A stretch of DNA of 64,000 nt, taken from contig CAZGXN010000002.1 in assembly GCA_964530135.1 (NCBI GenBank), forward strand, positions 3,308 through 67,307. The letters are read 5' to 3'. Each line of letters begins with the position of its first letter. Position 1 is the first letter of the stretch. The position numbers and the translations under genes were made by a program. This document shows positions 58,335 to 64,000 of this stretch, piece after piece. Origin of the DNA: an uncultured Bdellovibrionales bacterium (GTDB lineage Bacteria; Patescibacteriota; Minisyncoccia; Moranbacterales; UBA1568). The notes beneath the pieces are model-generated. The model searched no databases and had not been told where the DNA came from. It saw only the letters and a program-made list of their open reading frames with translations.

Positions 58335-58763
58335 CTAGAACATACTCTTTTTCTCCGCCCGCTCGTCCAGAGCACGATTTGCCTCAGCATCCGCCCGGGT
58401 ATTTAATTCACGACGAACATGAACGAACTCGACCGAAGCGAAATCAAGCATCAGGTTCCAGACTTGGATGAACAGCGGCTGAAGACGCTCATTCTCGATC
58501 TTATAGACATGATTAAGCTGCTTGCAAGCCAGCTCACTATCCATTCGACACTCGACCGCCAGTTTCTTCGCTTTCTCCTTCCCGACAAGTGCCTTAATCT
58601 TCTTCAGTCCGGCGACAATAGCGGCATACTCCGCCTCATTATTGGTCTTGATGCCGAGATATTCGCCGAAACCCTTGTCCAGCGTCTCGATATACACTCC
58701 CAACGCAGCTGGTCCGGGATTGCCACGCGAACCACCATCCGAATACATTACAATCTTTTGCAT
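58335..58763 (-). CDS. rnhA: ribonuclease HI
   Basis: 'YSDGGSRGNPGPAA', 'NNEAEYAAI', C-terminal D/E catalytic residues; start at ATG (upstream alternative is GTG at 58787). Confidence 0.8.
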   Translation of the reverse strand: MQKIVMYSDGGSRGNPGPAALGVYIETLDKGFGEYLGIKTNNEAEYAAIVAGLKKIKALVGKEKAKKLAVECRMDSELACKQLNHVYKIENERLQPLFIQVWNLMLDFASVEFVHVRRELNTRADAEANRALDERAEKKSMF

Positions 58764-58809
58764 GGCTTCATTATACCTTTCCTTCACTATCCCTCACAAG
58801 CAAGCATTT

Positions 58810-60528
58810 CTAGCCTGTACGCTCCATATCAAGGAGCTTCAATTGCAGTGTCGTCCGACCGCTCCAGACATTGCTCTCGAGTTGGCAAAGCACTGAAAGC
58901 TGACAACCTGGACCGAGATCAGGATAGTGAGCCACCATCGACCAGCCTACTGCATCAAATGCTTGGGGGAAGGCAGGATGTTCAAGTGCGAGTTTCCAGT
59001 GCTGACCGTCTTTTCCAACTGTTCGGGCTGTCCGAATGCAGAGTTCAGAGAGCTGGAAGACCGGCTGCGGATTGCCTTCACCAAAGGGTGCGAGATCGTC
59101 GATCGCCTGGACGAGCTCCAGCGTCATGTCACCAGGATGAAGTTCGGCATCGATGAGAATCTCTGGAACTGTCTCGACCCCTTCCAACTGCTCTCGTACG
59201 ATCGTTCCAAAACGCTCAAGAAATATATCAAATCGATCATTGCGAATGGTCAAGCCAGCAGCCTGCTCATGTCCGCCGAATTTTTCAAAGAGATCAGCAC
59301 AAGATTCTAGGGCGTGGATAATACTAAACCCCGGGATACTGCGGAATGATCCTGTACTGGTTGTCTCTCCTTTTTGAAATACCCCTGTTGGTTTCCCTAA
59401 CTCATGAGCGATCTTCCCTGCGACCAGGCCGACAATACCGAGTGGGTACTCAGGTCCGATTGCAATGATAAACTTCTGATCGCGAAAGTGGAGATCCGCA
59501 ACCGCTCGAACATTTTCGGCAGCCGCTTGACTGACTTTCTGACGGGCAGAATTATAGCCTTCCAATTCTAATGCCAAGAGTCGAGCCTTCACTCGATCCA
59601 TAGTTGCGAGAAGCTCATGCGCCGTTTCGGCATGTGCCATCCGAGAGGCGGCGTTGATCCGTGGTGCGATCTGAAACGCAATCAACCGCACATCAGGAAT
59701 ATGAGTCTCATCGATTGGAATCCGGCCAACGAGATACATCTCTTGCAGACCTGGACGCCGAGTTTTCTGTAAGACGATGAGGCCATATTTCACGAGCACC
59801 CGATTTTCTCCAACCAGCGGCATGACATCTGCCACCGTCCCAATAGCTACAATATCGAGGAGCCACTTCAACTCATCAACTCGATCTGGCAATAATCGAC
59901 GGTAAAGTGCAGTCGCCACCTTGAAGGCTGTTCCCGCACCACAGAGATCCCGAAAAGGATAGGTATCTGTCGGCAACTTAGGGTTCACAATCGCCCAAGC
60001 CGGAGGCAATACTGCCGGGACATGATGATGGTCAATGATGATCGTCTCCATCCCCAGTGCCAACGCATCTGCGATCTCCGTATGATTCATCATACCGCAA
60101 TCCAGTGTCAGAATGAGACGCACCCCAGCCTGATTGAAGCGTTCGACGGCTTGGGTACTGAGGCCATGACCCTCATTTATTTTGTGCGGTATATGAACTA
60201 ACACCTTTATACCCAGGGCTTCCAGTGTCTCACGAATAATGACCGAAGCCGTCACACCATCGGCATCAAAATCACCCAGTACACCGACGCATTCACCTCT
60301 GGTTCGAGCAGCTTCAATACGCGCTACAACCCTCTCCATATCACGAAAAAGGAATGGGTCATGGAGATCACGCTCATAATTCGGGGTAATAAACTGTCCA
60401 ATATCAGCCAGATCGATTCCTCGCTGACGTACCAGGTGATGAACAATAAAAGACGGCCCTTGGGGGGCCATAAAACGAGCAAAACCAGCTTTTTCCTTCC
60501 AGCGCTTCTTCATAATAACCTTAAGCAC
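58810..60528 (-). CDS. recJ: single-stranded-DNA-specific exonuclease RecJ
   Basis: DHH motifs 'GDFDADGV', 'IIDHHH', DHHA1 'GGH' region. Confidence 0.85.
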   Translation of the reverse strand: MLKVIMKKRWKEKAGFARFMAPQGPSFIVHHLVRQRGIDLADIGQFITPNYERDLHDPFLFRDMERVVARIEAARTRGECVGVLGDFDADGVTASVIIRETLEALGIKVLVHIPHKINEGHGLSTQAVERFNQAGVRLILTLDCGMMNHTEIADALALGMETIIIDHHHVPAVLPPAWAIVNPKLPTDTYPFRDLCGAGTAFKVATALYRRLLPDRVDELKWLLDIVAIGTVADVMPLVGENRVLVKYGLIVLQKTRRPGLQEMYLVGRIPIDETHIPDVRLIAFQIAPRINAASRMAHAETAHELLATMDRVKARLLALELEGYNSARQKVSQAAAENVRAVADLHFRDQKFIIAIGPEYPLGIVGLVAGKIAHELGKPTGVFQKGETTSTGSFRSIPGFSIIHALESCADLFEKFGGHEQAAGLTIRNDRFDIFLERFGTIVREQLEGVETVPEILIDAELHPGDMTLELVQAIDDLAPFGEGNPQPVFQLSELCIRTARTVGKDGQHWKLALEHPAFPQAFDAVGWSMVAHYPDLGPGCQLSVLCQLESNVWSGRTTLQLKLLDMERTG

Positions 60529-61075
60529 TAATCACTTCTCCACCAAAACGGCGACGATGCGCATCCACCAACCGAAGACGAAGAATGTATCGACCATTCA
60601 CACCATCTGATCCCGCAAAATTCTCAGGTAAACCTAAATCCCTCGCGAGACGATGGGCATCAAAACTCCCTGGTTCTATGGCGACAAGATATTCGGTCGC
60701 GGAAAGTAAAGCTCGGATGTGCGTGAGCACCTCCCTCAATGGAGTTGTATCACGAACGATAAAATCATCGACGCCAAGCTCTTTGGATCGCTGCTGATCA
60801 TCTTGGCGACCGAGATGAGAAAGAAAAATGACTGGTATCTGGGCAGTCTCGATATTCTGTTTCAAGGCCTGAACGAACTCATACCCATCCATTCTGGGCA
60901 TAATAATACCTGTAATGATGAGATCTGGTTTTACCTGTTGGATGTGCTGCAAACCATCAAAACCATTTTCTGCCTCATCTACCACAAAACCACTCTCTTG
61001 AAGAAAATGGGTATAGACATCTCGCGTATCTGCATCGTCATCAACGAGGAGAATGCGGGTTTGATCATTACTCAT
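60521..61075 (-). CDS. response regulator receiver protein with uncharacterised C-terminal domain
   Basis: REC motifs 'ILLVDDD', 'DLIITGIIMPRMDG', 'IPVIFLS'. Confidence 0.75.
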   Translation of the reverse strand: MSNDQTRILLVDDDADTRDVYTHFLQESGFVVDEAENGFDGLQHIQQVKPDLIITGIIMPRMDGYEFVQALKQNIETAQIPVIFLSHLGRQDDQQRSKELGVDDFIVRDTTPLREVLTHIRALLSATEYLVAIEPGSFDAHRLARDLGLPENFAGSDGVNGRYILRLRLVDAHRRRFGGEVISA

Positions 61076-61144
61076 ATATGTGAGAACGGGATTGGAACGG
61101 GTTCAGGCTCGTTACGGACAGTATACCCCGATTCCCGCGACGCA

Positions 61145-62248
61145 TCAACGCGCGCGGTGTTCAGACTCGCGAAGTGATTCGATGTATTTTCTCGACTCTT
61201 TTGAGAGCTGCCGTGGGATTTCAATAACCGTCTTCACTAGATGATCACCTCGGCCGAAACGCCCGAGTTTTGCTACACCCTTGCCACGAATTCGGAAGAC
61301 TTCACCTGGTTGTGTACCTGCTGGAATCTTCATACTAACTTCGCCTTCAATTGTTTGAATCGATACTTTGTCACCCAAAGCAAACTGATCAAAGCGAAGT
61401 TTCCTCTCTGAAACGATGTCATCTCCGCGTCGGCTGAGCTCGGCATGTGGCTCGACATGAACCACAACATACAGGTCCCCAGAAGATTCACCCCACTCCC
61501 CCGCCGCCCCTTCACCAGCCAGAGAGAGCGCTTGACCATCCTCAATACCTCCCGGGATGACGACTTCTTTTGTAACTTCCTTCTGCTGTCTTCCATCACC
61601 ATGACAGGTTGTACATGTCTGACTGAAAATACGCCCCTTGGCATGACAGCGCTCACAAGCACTGGATTGCGTGAAGACACCCAGTATCGTGTTGACATTT
61701 CTCATAATAGATCCCTTGCCATGACAATCTGGACAAGTATCTTCCCGTGCACCAGGTGCACCACCGGTACCTTGGCAGACATCGCAGCGCACATATTTCC
61801 GAAGTCGAACCGTCCGCGTCGTGCCTTCGACCATCTCCTTGAAACTTATTGAGACATCCACCTGAATATCTGCGCCGCGGGCGGATGATCGAGACCGCCG
61901 CGCACCTCCACCGGTAAACAGATCAGTGAAAAGATCCTCTATGTTCGCACCACCAAAATCAAATCCCTGACCTCCGAAATGCGAAGCATCAAACCCCTCA
62001 AAACCAGATCGAGATTGACGGCTCTGGCCACCAAAACCTGAAGCAGTCTGACCAAACTGATCGTACTGCCGACGCTTTTCAGCATCACCTAGTACACCAT
62101 AGGCCTCATTGATCTCCTTGAACTTTGCCTCATCTCCCCCTCGCTTATCTGGATGGTGGGCATGAGCCAATTTCCGATAGGCTTTTTTGATGTCGTCCTG
62201 GCTCGCACCCTTTGCCACGCCCAAAATAGAATAATAGTCCTTGGCCAT
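61145..62248 (-). CDS. dnaJ: molecular chaperone DnaJ
   Basis: J-domain 'HHPDK', G/F region, four CxxCxGxG repeats. Confidence 0.9.
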   Translation of the reverse strand: MAKDYYSILGVAKGASQDDIKKAYRKLAHAHHPDKRGGDEAKFKEINEAYGVLGDAEKRRQYDQFGQTASGFGGQSRQSRSGFEGFDASHFGGQGFDFGGANIEDLFTDLFTGGGARRSRSSARGADIQVDVSISFKEMVEGTTRTVRLRKYVRCDVCQGTGGAPGAREDTCPDCHGKGSIMRNVNTILGVFTQSSACERCHAKGRIFSQTCTTCHGDGRQQKEVTKEVVIPGGIEDGQALSLAGEGAAGEWGESSGDLYVVVHVEPHAELSRRGDDIVSERKLRFDQFALGDKVSIQTIEGEVSMKIPAGTQPGEVFRIRGKGVAKLGRFGRGDHLVKTVIEIPRQLSKESRKYIESLRESEHRAR

Positions 62249-62263
62249 ATAAGATACCCAATG

Positions 62264-62290
62264 TTAGCACTCTCTATTATCGAGTGCTAA
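62264..62290 (-). promoter_or_regulatory. CIRCE (HrcA operator) inverted repeat TTAGCACTC-N9-GAGTGCTAA
   Basis: exact match to the CIRCE consensus, 16 bp upstream of the dnaJ start codon. Confidence 0.8.
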
Positions 62291-62304
62291 GAGCACTCTG
62301 TCAA
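62276..62304 (-). promoter_or_regulatory. sigma70-like promoter of dnaJ (TTGACA, 17-18 bp spacer, GATAAT/TAATAG) overlapping CIRCE
   Basis: minus-strand TTGACA = complement of 62299-62304; -10 lies inside the CIRCE spacer. Confidence 0.5.
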
Positions 62305-62473
62305 CCCCTCCAAACCTCAGTCCGCCCCTTTCATCACTCAAAAAACATCTTCCCCTCAACTGACCGTACTCCCGCCGACAGGGCTTGGTTCCTTCTCATT
62401 CCAGGGGAAACCACCTAACTCAGTTAGAATCCGTTCCAAATTCAAGCCAGTAATCGAGCGTACCGAAACCCCT

Positions 62474-63448
62474 CTACACCAAAACCTCCCGTTCTGTAGG
62501 TACTTTCTTCAAGACAAGAAATCCGCTCTGAACAAGCAGTTTGTAAAAAACCGTCGTCAAGAACAAGGCGAGTGGAGCAACGAGTGATCCAAAAGGGTAA
62601 ATGGTAAAAAACAAAAGTGCAGACAAAAAGAATGGCAGAAACGGTACACTCGGTGGAGTATTTCCAGCCGATCGGGCTGAGACAAAAGCAATAAGTTTTT
62701 TTCGAAGGACCTCTGAAAGAATGGCATCCATACTTTCACCACCATTCACCTCTCGACCGAGAAGCCGTGAGAGTTCTGTTTTAGAGCGAGTGATTTCTGC
62801 CTGACGGACCACTTCTGCAATACTCTGTCCGAGCGTTCCACTCACCCCACCAATCTCGACGACTGGTCGAAGTTCCTGAAGGAAATCGTCAACAGAGAGG
62901 TTCCGCTTCTGGAGTGTGGCGAGGGATGGGGATACGGTTCCAGCTATTCGCAACATCCACGCACCCATCCCTTCGGCCATATCAAAGCTCGGCACCAAAC
63001 GATCCCAAGAAAATGTATTGATGTGAACATAGTACTGGCTCGAAATAACTAAACTCAATGCAAAGATGATTTGAGACATACCGACGAATACTGAACGGTA
63101 GACAGAAAATCGGATACGTTCTGACAACTCCCGGCCAATGCGAAGGATACCAGTAAATACAAACAGCCCAGCGATAGTAATGATTGCCGCATGTGTGATA
63201 GTCGGAGTAAAGAAAAAGCTCGGAAGCACGAGTACGAGACAGGCGATTCCCTGATAGGCTCTTTCGTTCCAAATGATTGTCCCCACTGAAAACAATGTTA
63301 GGGTGAGGAAGAACCACACTGTCGGAACCACGAAAACACTTGCACCCTCGACAAGCACCGCATCTGTGACAGAAGAAAAACCAAAATACGCCGTAATTGA
63401 GACCGCACAGAGACAGAGAAGAGCAATAATCTGACGCTTCGAGGACAT
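62474..63448 (-). CDS. hypothetical polytopic membrane protein
   Basis: 324 aa, about 6-8 hydrophobic segments, no recognisable motif. Confidence 0.45.
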   Translation of the reverse strand: MSSKRQIIALLCLCAVSITAYFGFSSVTDAVLVEGASVFVVPTVWFFLTLTLFSVGTIIWNERAYQGIACLVLVLPSFFFTPTITHAAIITIAGLFVFTGILRIGRELSERIRFSVYRSVFVGMSQIIFALSLVISSQYYVHINTFSWDRLVPSFDMAEGMGAWMLRIAGTVSPSLATLQKRNLSVDDFLQELRPVVEIGGVSGTLGQSIAEVVRQAEITRSKTELSRLLGREVNGGESMDAILSEVLRKKLIAFVSARSAGNTPPSVPFLPFFLSALLFFTIYPFGSLVAPLALFLTTVFYKLLVQSGFLVLKKVPTEREVLV

Positions 63449-63451
63449 AGG

Positions 63452-64000
63452 TTAGAGACCATGAGCAGCCCGATTCCGCTGATGACCTTCAAAGTCTTCT
63501 GCAAAATAGGTAGTCCGTGTTTTGAGATTAATCAGGAAATAAAAGTATGGATTACTCGTCGGGTACAACGCGGCATTTATCGACATCAGACTTGGATTAT
63601 TGATAGGTCCAGGCGGCAGTCCCGCATAAACATAGGTATTATAGGGTGATGAAGACTTAAGGTCTTCAAGTGTCGGCTGATCTTTGGCCGTACCGTAGAT
63701 ATAATTGATCGTTGCATCACTCTGGAGCGGTTGACCAATAGCGAGACGCTTCCGAAAAACATCACTGATATTTTTCCGATCAGACTCTGTCCTCCCCTCC
63801 TCCTCGATAATCGAGGCTAGCGTCAATGTTTCATGAAATGAAAGTCCACGTTCTGACAGACCAGCTGAAATAACTGGCTCAACTTTTTCTCCAAAATTTT
63901 TCAGCAATTCGTTGACAATGAGTTCACCAGTGGCTTGGGGTGGAAAAATATAGGTATCCGAAAAGAGGTAGCCCTCGAGGCTCGCTCCGGCTGGCCGATT
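63452..64000 (-). CDS. mltG: endolytic murein transglycosylase MltG (YceG-like), 5'-truncated by the window edge
   Basis: 'YNTYVYAGLPPGPINNPS' YceG signature; reading frame remains open to 64000. Confidence 0.7.
   Translation of the reverse strand, partial: NRPAGASLEGYLFSDTYIFPPQATGELIVNELLKNFGEKVEPVISAGLSERGLSFHETLTLASIIEEEGRTESDRKNISDVFRKRLAIGQPLQSDATINYIYGTAKDQPTLEDLKSSSPYNTYVYAGLPPGPINNPSLMSINAALYPTSNPYFYFLINLKTRTTYFAEDFEGHQRNRAAHGL

Noticed and set aside
58419-59156. 245-aa plus-strand ORF
   Set aside because: It is antisense to rnhA and recJ, which are supported by strong catalytic motifs.
62291-62473. Possible tRNA or small RNA between the dnaJ promoter and the upstream membrane protein gene
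   Set aside because: There are tRNA-like fragments ('ctcagttagaat') but no complete acceptor, D or T arms, and no convincing terminator hairpin. It is left unannotated.
1-64000. CRISPR arrays, cas genes, integrases, transposases, rRNA
   Set aside because: I scanned for short regularly spaced direct repeats and for the characteristic protein motifs. None were found. The only notable direct repeat is the ~70-bp promoter module at 16621 and 17894.

Overview
The window is bacterial and about 50% GC overall, and it splits into two parts. (i) 1-40.5 kb is one large cell-surface glycan assembly supercluster. It holds five GT4 and five GT2 glycosyltransferases; three of the GT2 look like Dpm1/GtrB-type polyprenyl-phosphate hexose synthases. 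It also holds at least six large polytopic GT-C-like membrane proteins (ArnT/PMT-like), two Wzx-type flippases and a WbaP-type initiating phosphotransferase. Sugar-nucleotide enzymes are Ugd, an SDR epimerase/dehydratase and an AsnB-type amidotransferase, with two SAM methyltransferases. Unusual passengers are an RtcB-family ligase, a Tmk-like P-loop kinase, a COG0523 GTPase, an LPG-synthase-TM (flippase-like) protein, a DUF2304-like and a DUF360-like protein. Two compositionally aberrant segments sit inside this cluster. The first is a ~1.9 kb GC-rich (~60%) island at 16.6-18.6 kb. It carries two plus-strand genes of unknown function wedged between minus-strand glycan genes, each with its own copy of a duplicated terminator plus consensus sigma70 promoter module and a strong Shine-Dalgarno. 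I consider this the best candidate for something undescribed. The second is a ~3.9 kb AT-rich (~37%) minus-strand cassette at 32.5-36.4 kb (GT2, GT2, methyltransferase, Wzx). (ii) 40.5-64 kb is housekeeping: an RNase P RNA with expansions, pheT, pheS, tyrS, two NUDIX genes, secD/secF, an ABC-F ATPase, PBP1A, a MacAB-like ABC efflux set with no outer-membrane factor, RNase HI, recJ, an orphan response regulator, dnaJ behind a CIRCE/HrcA operator, and a partial mltG. No CRISPR array, tRNA, rRNA, integrase or transposase was recognised. Protein calls rest on motif recognition in the supplied translations and are not database hits. Start codons are my choices among in-frame candidates.
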